DNA of 64,000 bases from Planctomycetota bacterium (GCA_038227875.1 JBBRPR010000040.1:1-64000); one strand, 5' to 3'; shown: positions 29,299 to 40,251, numbered from the stretch's first letter. Notes: generated by a model from the letters alone, not told the origin. Numbers and translations are program-made.

Positions 29299-32200
29299 AT
29301 GCATACCAGCAAGCGGACTCTGATAGTTCTGGCGTGTCTTCTGGCCGTGGCCTGCTTCAGCGTGCGCGCCGAAGAACCCGCGGAGGTGGTCCTTTTCGAC
29401 TACGAGCAACCGAAGCAGAACGTGGAGAACAACGAGCGCATTGTCTGCGTGAAAGAGCACGTCACGCAGGGCGAATTCGCGGGCAAGGTCGTGCTCGACA
29501 AGCCGTTCACGCCGAACATTTTCATTCCCGCGGTCCAGGCGCAGCAATGGGCGACGTACGATCAATTTGAGCTCGATGTGTTCGTCGAAGGCGGCCCCGT
29601 CGGCGTCGCAGGCTTCATCAACGACGCGACCGCGAAAGGCTGGGACAAACGCTACAACTACAACCTGCACATGGAGCCGGGCAAGCGCAAGATTACCTTT
29701 GGGCTCGGCGGCCTGAAGCGCGAGAACGGTTCCAACATGCTCGACGTCAAGACGCTGAGCTTCATTGCGATGATGTTCAGCAGCGAAGACGCGGCGCGGC
29801 CAGCCACGATCTATCTCGATAACGGACGTCTCCAGAAAGGCACCGGCTCGTTTGAAAAGAAGGTGCTCTACTCCTTCGAAGGCAACGACGCCGGCAAGTT
29901 TGAACTCGAAGACTACCCCGAGGAATTCAAGGGCAAGTCGAAGCTGAACCTCGTGGCCGAACACGCAACCGACGGCGCCAAGGCGGCGCAGCTGGAAAGT
30001 CACGCGCCGGCCGGGAACATCCGCTTCTCGGATTTCGACCACGATTGGGCGAAGTACGACACGCTGCAGATCGATGTTTTCAACACGAGCAAGGATCCGG
30101 TGCCCGTCTCCGGTTGGATTCGCGCCGACGATCCGAAGGCCGGCTGGTTCAACCGCTTCAACTACGACCGCGTGCTGCGTCCCGGCATCAATGTGCTAAA
30201 GCTCCCCGTCGGCGGCATGACCGCCGGCGAGGGCGGCAAGCTGCTGAACACGCGCAACATCGTCGGCTTCAACATCTGCGTGCCCAACACCACAATCTAC
30301 GTCGACAACATCCGCCTGATCAAAGGCACCGAGGAAATTCCCGTTCCCGGCATGAAGAAGTTCGATTTCGGTCCGGCCAATTCGGCGGTGATGCCCGGCT
30401 TCAAGAACATCTCCAAGGACACGCTCTATTCCAAACAGACCGGCTTCGGCTGGCAACCGGGGGGAAATTTCGGGCGCGACTTCGACATCTCGGAAATCAT
30501 GGGCCGGCACCGCCCACCCGATGACCTCTGCCGCGACTTCTGCATGCCGATCAAGGCGGCCTACACGATCGATGTACCCAACGGCAAGTACGGCGTCTGG
30601 CTGATGCTGGGACCTCCCGGCAACGGCTGGGGCGAAACGTTCACGCACCGCACGGTCACGGCCAATGGCGTCGAAGTCGTCGACGAAAAGTACGATCTCG
30701 AAAGTTTCAAGAAGCATGAGTTCGAATTCCAGGACAGCGAAGACCTGCCCGGCGATGACCTGTGGGAAAAGTACATCAACAAGCTCTTCAAGCCGAAAGT
30801 CTTCGATGTCGACGTCAAAGACGGACAGCTGAGCCTGAGCTTCGATTCGCACGGCGAATGGTGGTCGTGCATGGTCAACGGCCTGGTGATCTGGCCGAAG
30901 GATCAGGACACCAACGCGCTGCGCTGGATTGAAAATTTGAACCAGCAGCGCAAAGAAGAGTACCAGTCGCTCCACGTTGAAAAGCTGCCGGAAGTGAAGG
31001 GCAAGTTCACGCCCACAGCCGATCAGACCGCAAAGGGTTATGTGCGCTTCATCCACACCGTCGACAAGGACATCCAGGTCAACGCCGTGCCGACCGATGC
31101 GGAAGTAAAGCAGTCGGTGCTGCATCTCACCGTTGCGCCGGGAGAATACGAAGACAAATGCATCGGCCTGCTGCCGCTCAAGGATTGCGGCAAGGTCAAG
31201 GTTGAAGTCTCCGCGCTGAAGGGTCCCGGCGGCGCCACGTTTCCGGCCGACGCGGTAAAGGCCCAGGTCGTGCGCTACAAGGACTCGAATTACACCGCCG
31301 TCTACACGCCGATCCCGAAGTACCTCGACGAGGTCCCCGCTGAAGGCGTCGACGTCAAGCCTGGCGTGACGCGCTCGTTCTGGCTGGTTTTCCACGTGCC
31401 GGCCGACACGGCTCCCGGTGAGTACAAGGGCACAGCGACGCTCTCCTTCTCCAGTGGAACCAAAGACACAGTCGACGTCGCCTTGACCGTCCTGCCGGTG
31501 AAGCTCAACGACGTCGATTTCCCCATGGGCATGTTCATCATGGGCCCCAACCGCAGTTTCACGAAATTCGATTCCACCGGCGAAGCCTACTGGTTGCAGG
31601 TGAAGGAAATGCTCGTGGACGCGCGCGCGCACGGCATCACCAGCGTCGATCCGGCCTGCGCGATGCCGCTGAAGAAGATTGAGAACGGCAAAGCCGTCGT
31701 CGACTTCACCGCGATGGACCGCTACATGGAATTGACCAAGGCCGCCGGCTTCAAGCAGGAACTCAACGGTTACGCCATCGACACCGGCTTTACGATCAAG
31801 ATGCATGTCGGCATCAATTACGCCGCCGAGGCTGCGCGTTTCGGCGTGGCGAAGTACGAGGACGTGGTCAAGGCGTACTTCGATGCCGTGCGCGAACACA
31901 TGAAGGAGAAGGCGTACCTCCCGATCTGCTTCTGCACCGACGACGAATACGTCGTCCATCCCGACGGCAAGCTCGAACTGCTCGCCGCGCATCACAAGAT
32001 GCTGCAGGACAACGCGCCGGGCTTCCACTTCGTGCCGTACGATAGTCTCTACGCCGAACAGCATCCCGAGCTGATTCCCTCCTATGAAAAATCGCTGCCG
32101 CTGATCGACACCTGGGGCGCGGGCATCCATTCGCCGAAGGAAGCCGAGATCCTCAAAAAAGCCGGCCGCCGCCTGTGGCTCTACAACACTGGCATGAACC

Positions 32201-32655
32201 GCTTCACGTTCGGCACGTACATGTTCTTCGCGCGGAAAAAGTACGACGTCAGCGGCTTCTTCCAGTGGGTCTATCCCGGCTCCGGCACCTACGGCAATTT
32301 CTATCTCGCGTCGCACAACGAAGGACACTACGGCGTGGTCTATCCGTCCACGCACGGCCTGCGCAGCACGCCGACGTGGGAGCGCGTGCGCATGGGTTGC
32401 AACGATCATCAGTACCTCGAGACCGCCTACGCGCTGATCGACGCCGCGAAGAAAGCCGGAAAGGGCGACGCCGAAGCCAAGGAGCTGCAGGCGACGATCG
32501 ATCACACGCTCGGCCAGCTGAAGTTCGGCTACGCCCACGTCGATGCCAAGGACGGCGAGGGCAAGAACGAAAATCCGATGAGCCCCGAAGCGATGGAAGC
32601 GTTCCATGACAAAGTTGGCGACGGCATCGTGAAGTTGAGTAACGCGATCAAGTAA
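29299..32655 (+). CDS. large secreted carbohydrate-active protein (CBM-like domains + GH123/DUF4091-like region)
   Basis: signal peptide, two repeated jelly-roll-like modules (YLDNGRL, YVDNIRL), FDFG module, WERVRMGCNDHQYL. Confidence 0.75.
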   Translation: MHTSKRTLIVLACLLAVACFSVRAEEPAEVVLFDYEQPKQNVENNERIVCVKEHVTQGEFAGKVVLDKPFTPNIFIPAVQAQQWATYDQFELDVFVEGGPVGVAGFINDATAKGWDKRYNYNLHMEPGKRKITFGLGGLKRENGSNMLDVKTLSFIAMMFSSEDAARPATIYLDNGRLQKGTGSFEKKVLYSFEGNDAGKFELEDYPEEFKGKSKLNLVAEHATDGAKAAQLESHAPAGNIRFSDFDHDWAKYDTLQIDVFNTSKDPVPVSGWIRADDPKAGWFNRFNYDRVLRPGINVLKLPVGGMTAGEGGKLLNTRNIVGFNICVPNTTIYVDNIRLIKGTEEIPVPGMKKFDFGPANSAVMPGFKNISKDTLYSKQTGFGWQPGGNFGRDFDISEIMGRHRPPDDLCRDFCMPIKAAYTIDVPNGKYGVWLMLGPPGNGWGETFTHRTVTANGVEVVDEKYDLESFKKHEFEFQDSEDLPGDDLWEKYINKLFKPKVFDVDVKDGQLSLSFDSHGEWWSCMVNGLVIWPKDQDTNALRWIENLNQQRKEEYQSLHVEKLPEVKGKFTPTADQTAKGYVRFIHTVDKDIQVNAVPTDAEVKQSVLHLTVAPGEYEDKCIGLLPLKDCGKVKVEVSALKGPGGATFPADAVKAQVVRYKDSNYTAVYTPIPKYLDEVPAEGVDVKPGVTRSFWLVFHVPADTAPGEYKGTATLSFSSGTKDTVDVALTVLPVKLNDVDFPMGMFIMGPNRSFTKFDSTGEAYWLQVKEMLVDARAHGITSVDPACAMPLKKIENGKAVVDFTAMDRYMELTKAAGFKQELNGYAIDTGFTIKMHVGINYAAEAARFGVAKYEDVVKAYFDAVREHMKEKAYLPICFCTDDEYVVHPDGKLELLAAHHKMLQDNAPGFHFVPYDSLYAEQHPELIPSYEKSLPLIDTWGAGIHSPKEAEILKKAGRRLWLYNTGMNRFTFGTYMFFARKKYDVSGFFQWVYPGSGTYGNFYLASHNEGHYGVVYPSTHGLRSTPTWERVRMGCNDHQYLETAYALIDAAKKAGKGDAEAKELQATIDHTLGQLKFGYAHVDAKDGEGKNENPMSPEAMEAFHDKVGDGIVKLSNAIK

Positions 32656-32661
32656 TTTGAA

Positions 32662-32760
32662 TGGTGCCACTGGCACGGACGAATCTGAGCGTAGCGAAGA
32701 TTCGGCCTTGCCAGTGCCGTTGGCCGGACGCGTAACCGAACCACGATGCCAGTGGCACCA
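32662..32760. repeat. REP-like element with 14-bp terminal inverted repeats
   Basis: TGGTGCCACTGGCA ... TGCCAGTGGCACCA with an internal hairpin. Confidence 0.8.
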
Positions 32761-32777
32761 GTTTAGGAGCACAACCC

Positions 32778-33992
32778 ATGACCACCGCCACCGAACTGGA
32801 CGTCATCCATGCGCTCATCAACGGCGTCCACTGGGGCCAGGTGTTGCTCCACGAGCGCGTGAAACCTGAAACGCGCAGCCCGCTCTTCGAGCTCAACGGC
32901 GTCGCATTGGAAACAGTGCAGGCACGCGCCGCGGCGTTCGATGTCCTCCTGAAAGAACTGGCCGGCAACCGCGCCTGGCGAAAGAGCGAGCTGCGCGCGG
33001 ATCTCCGCAAGCTCGTCGCGGAACTCAAAGCTGCGCCGCTGCCGGTCGATCCGTCGCTGCCATTTCATGTGGCGTACAACGTCATTGCGCAGAATCTGGC
33101 GCCGGAAAAAGTTCCCGCGGCGCTGGCGCTGGCCAATCTGTATCAATTGAACATGGAAGAACACCGCGACGGGGATGGGCTGCAGGATCTCTTCCAAGTG
33201 TACATCAACGCCGGCTTTCCCGTCGACCTGCTGCAATTCGGCCTGCCCAACAGCGACGAACATCTGCAGCTCTACTCCAACCGATGCGCGGCGGCCTGCG
33301 CGCCGGCACCGTTCAAGACCGATGCCTTCGCTTGGCTGGTCACTTTCAACCGCATCGAAATGTGGGGCGAGAAGAACACCGGCCGGCGCGACAAGTTCGT
33401 GCTCGCGCGGGAACTCCTCGCCGATCCCGAAATCCTACCGCTGATCCCGAAGCTCAGCGAACTCCCGCACCAGCGCGTCGCGTTCATCGGGTACTCGATG
33501 ATGATGAGCGTCAACTGGTCGACGTACGCCGCGTGGAACGACATCGCTTCCGAAGCGCTGCGCTGTCTGAACCCGCGCTACGAATACGCGGGATTCCAGA
33601 TGGGCGGCATCACCGCCAGCCACGCGCTGCAGGCGCTGATTCCTCAGGCGCTGGAATACAAGCCAACCGACGCTTACCTGCTGATGCGCGTCGAGACCGA
33701 ACCCGATGCCGCCGCGTTCGAGACCCTGATCCGCGTGCTGCAACGCATCGGCACGAAGGTCCACGTGATCGACGACGTCCGGCCGTACGTGAAGCCGCTG
33801 CCCGAGCACGAACACGCTAACCGCCGTCGCGCCGCGGAGCGCACCGGCACGGACCTGGTCCGGTTTTTGGAGCTGGGTCTGGCTCATGCTGAATTTAGAT
33901 CGTGGGAATGTCTGGATCGCATCCATATGCGCACGCCCGGCCATGTCTTTTATGCGCGGGAACTGCTCAAGCGACTGGCGCGCGAAAATTAA
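32778..33992 (+). CDS. hypothetical protein with a C-terminal SGNH-like hydrolase domain
   Basis: FIGYSM (block I-like) and C-terminal DRIH (DxxH); AGGAG RBS. Confidence 0.65.
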   Translation: MTTATELDVIHALINGVHWGQVLLHERVKPETRSPLFELNGVALETVQARAAAFDVLLKELAGNRAWRKSELRADLRKLVAELKAAPLPVDPSLPFHVAYNVIAQNLAPEKVPAALALANLYQLNMEEHRDGDGLQDLFQVYINAGFPVDLLQFGLPNSDEHLQLYSNRCAAACAPAPFKTDAFAWLVTFNRIEMWGEKNTGRRDKFVLARELLADPEILPLIPKLSELPHQRVAFIGYSMMMSVNWSTYAAWNDIASEALRCLNPRYEYAGFQMGGITASHALQALIPQALEYKPTDAYLLMRVETEPDAAAFETLIRVLQRIGTKVHVIDDVRPYVKPLPEHEHANRRRAAERTGTDLVRFLELGLAHAEFRSWECLDRIHMRTPGHVFYARELLKRLAREN

Positions 33993-34010
33993 GACACCCA
34001 GCGATCAACC

Positions 34011-34556
34011 TTACTTGCCGAACATCTCATCCTCTTTCATCGCGGTGCTATCGGCGATGATATTGGCATAGACCGCGAAGGCAGACATTGCGACAATTTC
34101 CACGATTTCGGATGTCATGAGCCCGTGATTACGGAGGACTTCGTAATCCAACTTGGAGATAGTTTTCGGATCTTTGGAACACTTCACGGCGAACAGGATC
34201 ATGTCCCGCAACTTGGGGTCAGGTATTTGGGTAAGGTCCCGAACGAGATGTTCCAAGGTTTCGGTTTTAACGCCCAACATGCGGCAGCATGCAACATGCG
34301 CCGCCTCGCAATAACGGCAGCCCCGGTCTTTCGATATCGCGACGAAAATCATCTCCTTTTTCCAGCGCGAAATTTCGCCGCAGACCAGGACGTTCCGCAC
34401 GACTTCCCAGGTGCCTCTGGCTACCGTGGGAGAATGGCCCTGTGTCGTAATGAAGTTCGGCGCAGATGGAAAATCCATTCGTCGATAGAATTCTTCATAG
34501 ACTTCTTTCACGGCTTTGGAAGCTTCGTGTTCCGGAAGGATGGGCAGGTGCGGCAT
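34011..34556 (-). CDS. carboxymuconolactone decarboxylase / AhpD-like peroxidase-related protein
   Basis: KEMIFVAIS...CRYCEAAH motif. Confidence 0.88.
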   Translation of the reverse strand: MPHLPILPEHEASKAVKEVYEEFYRRMDFPSAPNFITTQGHSPTVARGTWEVVRNVLVCGEISRWKKEMIFVAISKDRGCRYCEAAHVACCRMLGVKTETLEHLVRDLTQIPDPKLRDMILFAVKCSKDPKTISKLDYEVLRNHGLMTSEIVEIVAMSAFAVYANIIADSTAMKEDEMFGK

Positions 34557-34765
34557 GGAGTTCCCTTCAATGCGTGGACCGGTGAATCACCCCCGCCAAC
34601 GACGTGCCACCACAAGTCCCTTGAAATTGCGCTTCGTTTTAAGCAGTTGCGGCGACAATCAGTCAGACTGATAGAATTTAGCTCTTCCGACGAAAAATTG
34701 AGTGGATCGCAGCGACTAAACGTCCTTACTTGCGGTACTATATTTAAGCGAGGGCGGGAGGCCGT

Positions 34766-35791
34766 ATGTCGATTCGTCACCCAACCAATCTATCGCCGCT
34801 TGGCTCCGCCGCACTTCTGGCCAGCGCCTGCCTGTTCTTTTCTGCGCAGGCTTCAGACACGTCCGCGGCAGCACCGTCACCAAAGTGGGCGCCCGGCACC
34901 AACCACTACATCGACAACAAGCTCTCCGAATATGGCCCGTTCGAAACGGCCACCATGCCCCGCGGGGATGCGACGCTCACTGTATTTATCTCTTCCGCGA
35001 AAATGTCCGTCGAGCGGTCCGTTGTGGAAAAGTGGATCGACGATGCCGCCTCGGCAGTCTCCCACTATTACGGCGGCTTCCCGGTGCCCAAGGCCACGTT
35101 GGTACTGCTGGCCAATGGTGACGATGGCATCGGCGGCGGCGTGACGTTTGGCGGACGCCTGATTCGCATGCGCATCGGGCCGGGCACGGCGGCCGAAGAG
35201 CTCAAGAGCGATTGGACGCTGACGCATGAAATGTTCCACCTCGCGTTTCCCGATCTGGACGAAGATCATCTCTGGGTCGAAGAGGGCATGGCCGTCTACT
35301 TTGAGCCGCTCGCCCGCGCGCGCGTCGGCAGCATGAAGGACGAGGACGTCTGGCGGGGCATGATCGAAGGCATGCAGAACGGCCAGCCCGAACGCGGCGA
35401 CCGGGGCTTGGACCACACGCATACGTGGGGGCGGACCTACTGGGGCGGCGCGATGTTCTGGTTCCTCGCCGACCTGCGCATCCGCACGGCTACGGGCAAC
35501 AAGCACAGCGCCGACGACGTGATGCGCGCGATCTTGAAAGCACACGGCGACGGCGCCGCGCATTGGGAGATGGCCAACGTAATCGCCGTGGCGGACAAAG
35601 CCACGGAGACGCACGTCTTTTCTGATCTCTACGCGGAAGCCGCGGCCAAACCGATGAGCGCCGATCTGCCCGGCCTCTGGAAATCGCTCGGCGTTTCGCT
35701 CCGCGGCGGCAAGGTGGCTTTCGACGACACCGCGCCGATGGCCGAGATCCGCAAATCGCTCACGGATCCGAAGCAGAATCCGGCCAAGTAG
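34766..35791 (+). CDS. secreted gluzincin-type (M61-like) metallopeptidase
   Basis: signal peptide; THEMFH and downstream WVEEG; RTYWGGA. Confidence 0.75.
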   Translation: MSIRHPTNLSPLGSAALLASACLFFSAQASDTSAAAPSPKWAPGTNHYIDNKLSEYGPFETATMPRGDATLTVFISSAKMSVERSVVEKWIDDAASAVSHYYGGFPVPKATLVLLANGDDGIGGGVTFGGRLIRMRIGPGTAAEELKSDWTLTHEMFHLAFPDLDEDHLWVEEGMAVYFEPLARARVGSMKDEDVWRGMIEGMQNGQPERGDRGLDHTHTWGRTYWGGAMFWFLADLRIRTATGNKHSADDVMRAILKAHGDGAAHWEMANVIAVADKATETHVFSDLYAEAAAKPMSADLPGLWKSLGVSLRGGKVAFDDTAPMAEIRKSLTDPKQNPAK

Positions 35792-35795
35792 TTCC

Positions 35796-37529
35796 TTACT
35801 CCTTCTTCACTGGCGTCGTAATACTCTCCGTGCCGATCAGAAATGGATTGGGCAGCGTCGCCAGTTCTTCGTCGGCGCCCGCTCCGATTCGTGCGTCGAC
35901 TGCGCCGGCCGGCAGCGGCGATGGTGTCGAGCCCGGCGCGACGATTTCGCGGCGGACGAAGAGCATCCGCGGGTAGACCGGGAAGCGGCCTTTCGGCGTG
36001 GGGCAGTCGATTTCAAACGTGGCGGGAAGTTCGCGCGCGGTGAAGGTCTTGCGCGCGTACGTCACCGTCTCCGGCCACGTCGCATCGACCTGCTTCGCGA
36101 CGGGTTTCCCGGATGCGTAGAGGGCTTCGAGCGACGAACTACGCGAGCCGAGTTTGTACGCGTAGGTGACGACGAGCGTGTTGCCACCCAGCGCGGCCGG
36201 ATCGGCGACGCCGACTGCAACCGCGTTCTTGCCCGGCGAAACGTACGGCAGCGCGCCGGAGTTGTTCTGCACGATCACGTCGAGTTTCAAGCGCGTGAGC
36301 GCAGCGCTAAACTTCACGCGGACCAGCGCCGCGTACTTGCCGCGGATCGCGGCGGTGAAATCGTCGAGCTTCACCGCGCTGAAGCTCTTTCCGTCGTCGG
36401 TCGAAATTTCGACCGCGTCGGCGCCGGCCGCTTCGCCGCTGGCCTTGGTCATCACGTACGGCGACGCCAGCTTAAACGTCATCAGCGCCGGTTTGGCCGC
36501 ATCAACGGGGAGCAGCGATTTCGCGTCGTACTTCACGTTCTCGAGCGCCACGGCGCTTTTCAAAAACGCGTCGTTGGAAAAATCCAGCGCGAAGCTGAGG
36601 ACGCCGTTGGCGTAGCTGCGCGCGGGTTTGCTGTTGGTGTACGGTTCGAGAATCAGCCCGTAGCCACCATCGTTGCGCGTGTCCTTGTGGCTGCCACAGG
36701 TGTGCGCCGGCGCGATTTTCTCTTCGCCCCAGAACCACGCATCGGGCAGCGCGTCCCAGGTGTTCGTCAACGAAAATCCCGGCGCGAGATTGATGTCGGT
36801 GGAGTAATTGCCGTTGTCGTGCGTGATGCCCATCCACGCTTCGAGCGGCCCGGAGTTGCGGCGCGTTTTCAATCCGCCGATGGTGCCCTCGACCGTGTCG
36901 CCGCAGCCGAAGAATTCGTGCGTGCGCCAGGTCGGCTTGCCGTCGGCGGCGGCGTAGAGCACCTTCCGCGCTTCGTCCATCACAAACGCGTCTTGCAGCA
37001 GCTCCTTGGGATTGGCGGCGAGGTCGTCTTCGCCGGCGATCGTGCGGCCGCCTTTGCCGTCGGGCATGAAGGCGTAGACTTTTAGAAAGACATCGAGGTA
37101 ATGCCAGCGGCCGTCGTACTTCGCTTCGGCCGTTTCGTGGCCGTCCCAGACGACGAAGCGCCACTCCCAACCCAGCTGCCGCCAGAGCGCCGCCTGGATC
37201 GTGTGCAAGCCGCCGCAGAGACTCCAGCCGTAGCTGTTGATTTCCTTGAGCGCCGGCAGCCCGCCGGGTTCGGTCGGATACGCGCGGTGGTAGTGCGCCA
37301 GCTGCATAAAATTGTAGATCGCGATGGCCTTCGCATCGTTGCTGGTGCAGCCGCGCGTGACGGATTCGGCGATCGCTTTCAGCGACGAGCAGTCCGGCGC
37401 GAGATCCGGCTGCACGCGGATGCGGCTGACCAGTGCGGGCGGTTGCGGGGCTGGAGCCTCTTCGGCTAGTGCGGCTGCGCACGCCAAGACCAGGCCTCCG
37501 GCCAGCGCCGTCATCGTCTGCAAGGTCAT
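35796..37529 (-). CDS. secreted protein with a transglutaminase-like Cys-His-Asp core
   Basis: signal peptide; SLCGG, GHETAE, WHYLD. Confidence 0.7.
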   Translation of the reverse strand: MTLQTMTALAGGLVLACAAALAEEAPAPQPPALVSRIRVQPDLAPDCSSLKAIAESVTRGCTSNDAKAIAIYNFMQLAHYHRAYPTEPGGLPALKEINSYGWSLCGGLHTIQAALWRQLGWEWRFVVWDGHETAEAKYDGRWHYLDVFLKVYAFMPDGKGGRTIAGEDDLAANPKELLQDAFVMDEARKVLYAAADGKPTWRTHEFFGCGDTVEGTIGGLKTRRNSGPLEAWMGITHDNGNYSTDINLAPGFSLTNTWDALPDAWFWGEEKIAPAHTCGSHKDTRNDGGYGLILEPYTNSKPARSYANGVLSFALDFSNDAFLKSAVALENVKYDAKSLLPVDAAKPALMTFKLASPYVMTKASGEAAGADAVEISTDDGKSFSAVKLDDFTAAIRGKYAALVRVKFSAALTRLKLDVIVQNNSGALPYVSPGKNAVAVGVADPAALGGNTLVVTYAYKLGSRSSSLEALYASGKPVAKQVDATWPETVTYARKTFTARELPATFEIDCPTPKGRFPVYPRMLFVRREIVAPGSTPSPLPAGAVDARIGAGADEELATLPNPFLIGTESITTPVKKE

Positions 37530-37603
37530 GGTAAATTTACCATAAGTAAAAAGTACAACGCACCGATGAGCGACATTCATCGCTCATCATTCATAACTCA
37601 TCG

Positions 37604-38326
37604 TTATTGCTTGTCGGAGACCAGCACCTGCGCGGGGCGGAGGACCAGGCCCTTCCACAGGTAGCCGGGGCGGAGCTCTTCGAGGACGGTGCTGGGCTTC
37701 TCGTCACCTTCGGGCGGGCGCTTGGCGACGGCTTCGTGGACGGTCGGATCAAAAGGCTTGCCGCGCGCTTCGATGCGTTCCAGACCGCGCACGGTCAGAA
37801 CCTGATCCAGCGACGTGCCGATCATTTCCAGCGCTTCCTTGACGCGCTGCGGATCGGTGTTGGCGCTGGCGGCGTCGACGCGGGCGAGATCCAGGCTGTC
37901 GAGAATTGGCAGCAGTTCAGAAACATAGCGGCGCAGCGAAAGTTCCTCGGCGCGTTCCAGGTCCTTGCCGGCGCGGCTCTGGTAGTTGAGGAAATCGGCG
38001 CGCGTGCGCGTGGCCTGATCCTTGTACTTGTCGCGTTCGGCTTCGAGCGCCTGGACATCCGCGCCGCCCGAGCCGGAACCGCTGTTGCAGGAACGGTTGA
38101 CGAGGTCGCGCAGAGTGGCCTGCAGCGCGCGGATTTCGCCGAGCTGCGAGGCTTTCGGCACTTCGCCGAAGGCCTGGCGGAAGAGTTTTTCCATATCGGC
38201 GCAGACGGCGTCGGCTTCTTCGGTCAGTTTCGTTTTGGCCGTGGGCGCGGCGCTGCCGGCGGTTTCGCCAGGGCGGGTCTGCGCGTCCTGCTTTTCGCGT
38301 TCGGCTTTGGGATCCATTTTAAGCAT
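37604..38326 (-). CDS. grpE: nucleotide exchange factor GrpE (extended N-terminus)
   Basis: RADFLNY, LLPILDSL, FDPTVHEAV, GYLWKGLVLRPAQV motifs. Confidence 0.95.
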   Translation of the reverse strand: MLKMDPKAEREKQDAQTRPGETAGSAAPTAKTKLTEEADAVCADMEKLFRQAFGEVPKASQLGEIRALQATLRDLVNRSCNSGSGSGGADVQALEAERDKYKDQATRTRADFLNYQSRAGKDLERAEELSLRRYVSELLPILDSLDLARVDAASANTDPQRVKEALEMIGTSLDQVLTVRGLERIEARGKPFDPTVHEAVAKRPPEGDEKPSTVLEELRPGYLWKGLVLRPAQVLVSDKQ

Positions 38327-38370
38327 GTCGTGGGTACTCCCTTATGTATTCAATGTTGGCGGCGTGGCGC

Positions 38371-39528
38371 TTATTCCTCGGTGAAGAACTCGCGGATCTT
38401 GCTGAAGATCGAGCGTTTGTGCGGCGTGACGCCGACCTTCTCCAGGCTCGCCAGTTTGCGCAGCAACTCTTCTTGCTCCGCATTCAGTTTCTTGGGCACT
38501 TCGACAACCACGCGCACCAATTGGTCGCCCTTCCCGTAACCTCTCACATCCGGCATGCCAAGTCCGCTCATTTTGAGCAACTTTCCGGACTGCGTGCCGT
38601 GAGGGATGCTCAATTTCGCGCGGCCTTCCAGCGTCGGCACTTCGACTTCACCGCCGAGCGCAGCCATGGTGAACGGAATGGGAATCGAGAGCAATATATC
38701 GTCTTCGCGGCGCACGAACATCTCATGCTCTTTGACGCGCACGAAGACATAAAGATCGCCGCGCGCGCCGCCTTCGGAGCTGGGTTCACCCTGCCCTTCG
38801 ATACGGATGCGCGTGTTGTCCTGGATGCCGGCGGGGATGTCGACTTCGAGGCGCACTTTCTTGGGCTGACGTCCGGAACCTTTGCAGGTGGTGCACGGCG
38901 TCTCGATCACTTCGCCCCGGCCGCCGCAGCGCGGGCAGGTCGTCCGCATGGTGAAGAAACCCTGGCTGCGCGTGGCATAGCCGCTGCCGCGGCAGTAGCT
39001 GCAGCGCGACGCGCGGGTGCCGGCCTTTGCGCCGGATCCGCTGCAGGTCTCGCAGAGTTCATCGCGGGTGATGTCGAGCGTGCGCTTGACGCCCTTGTAT
39101 GCCTGTTCGAGTTCGATTTCGATGTCGGCGCGGAGCGACGCGCCCTGGTTGGACTGCTGTCCCCCGCCCTGCATGCCGCCGAAAAGGTCGTCGAAGACCG
39201 ACCCGCGCGCGCCGCCGCCACCTCCGAAAAACTGGCTGAGGATATCTTCGACCGAGACGCCTTCAAACCCGCCGCCGCCCGCCGCGCCGCTGACACCCGC
39301 GTGCCCGAACTGGTCGTAGCGCTGGCGTTTGTCTTCTTCGGAGAGGACCGAGTAGGCCTCGGCGATCTCTTTGAATTTCTCTTCCGATTCGGCCTTCTTG
39401 TCGGGGTTGCGGTCGGGATGCCACTTCTTGGCCAGCTGGCGGAACGCCGACTTGATCTCATCCTGCGAAGCGGTGCGGGCGACGCCGAGGACTTCGTAGT
39501 AATCGCGTTTCTGGTTTGCCACTGACAT
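38371..39528 (-). CDS. dnaJ: chaperone DnaJ
   Basis: J-domain HPD, G/F region, four CxxCxGxG repeats, C-terminal domain. Confidence 0.98.
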   Translation of the reverse strand: MSVANQKRDYYEVLGVARTASQDEIKSAFRQLAKKWHPDRNPDKKAESEEKFKEIAEAYSVLSEEDKRQRYDQFGHAGVSGAAGGGGFEGVSVEDILSQFFGGGGGARGSVFDDLFGGMQGGGQQSNQGASLRADIEIELEQAYKGVKRTLDITRDELCETCSGSGAKAGTRASRCSYCRGSGYATRSQGFFTMRTTCPRCGGRGEVIETPCTTCKGSGRQPKKVRLEVDIPAGIQDNTRIRIEGQGEPSSEGGARGDLYVFVRVKEHEMFVRREDDILLSIPIPFTMAALGGEVEVPTLEGRAKLSIPHGTQSGKLLKMSGLGMPDVRGYGKGDQLVRVVVEVPKKLNAEQEELLRKLASLEKVGVTPHKRSIFSKIREFFTEE

Positions 39529-39554
39529 GGTGTCCTAGCCCGAGTCTTAGTTGC

Positions 39555-40043
39555 CTACGTCGCCAACCCTAAGGCATACGCGTTTGCCAACCTGCAGAAA
39601 CGTGAATGGTATTTCTGATCATTCTCATCATTCAGGCATTTGTAGAATTGGTCATCTAATTTATTGAACGGATCCCAATCCTTGCGCGATTTGCCTTTGC
39701 GCTTGCGCAGCCGCTCAATCCTAATTTCACGCTCGCGAGGATATGGCTCTCCAAAAAATGCCATGGCCTCCTTGAGCAGTTCACCACAATCCCTCAGGCC
39801 TACAGAGCGAAAACCAGCAAGTGCTTCCGGAGCTAATACGCCAGTAGAATTGGTGAAGAACTGATGGAATCCGCCATTGCACACCTCAGACTGACACCAA
39901 TTGATGGCAAACAGTTCGCCTACTCCGGGATTAACTTTTGCATACTGCCTCAAAAAAATCTCCGGTCCGTCGTAAAGGCTAATCTTCTTCCAGATGGGTT
40001 CGATCAATTTCCAGTACGCATCTGGCTCAGATTTCTTTCGCAT
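39555..40043 (-). CDS. DUF4375 / DMP19-family protein
   Basis: EVCNGGFHQFFTNSTG and FNKLDDQFY motifs; lower GC than neighbours. Confidence 0.8.
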   Translation of the reverse strand: MRKKSEPDAYWKLIEPIWKKISLYDGPEIFLRQYAKVNPGVGELFAINWCQSEVCNGGFHQFFTNSTGVLAPEALAGFRSVGLRDCGELLKEAMAFFGEPYPREREIRIERLRKRKGKSRKDWDPFNKLDDQFYKCLNDENDQKYHSRFCRLANAYALGLAT

Positions 40044-40087
40044 GCGATCCTGCCAATTCGAGATCGGTAGTTCAGATTGGCGCGTGA

Positions 40088-40245
40088 GGTCTCGCTGTCG
40101 CTCGCTCGACCCTCTCCCCAGAGGGGCGAGGGTTGAGCGCGTTCCTTATTTGCAGGTAAGGGGAAGTACGCGTCGAGTGCAACGCGCCTCCCCCTCACCC
40201 CGGTCTCGCTTCGCTCGCTCGGCCCTCTCCCCAGAGGGGCGAGGG
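40088..40245. repeat. two direct copies of a CCCTCTCCC-n-GGGGCGAGGG palindromic REP-like element (family B)
   Basis: copies at 40088-40132 and 40191-40245; related copy at 61568-61617. Confidence 0.8.
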
Positions 40246-40251
40246 AACTGC

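Noticed and set aside
30196..32772. 858-aa antisense ORF, and similar ones at 28264-30042, 39994-41919, 42326-44251 and 45799-47481
   Set aside because: They are shadows of well-supported opposite-strand genes with strong GC3 bias and show no recognisable motifs.
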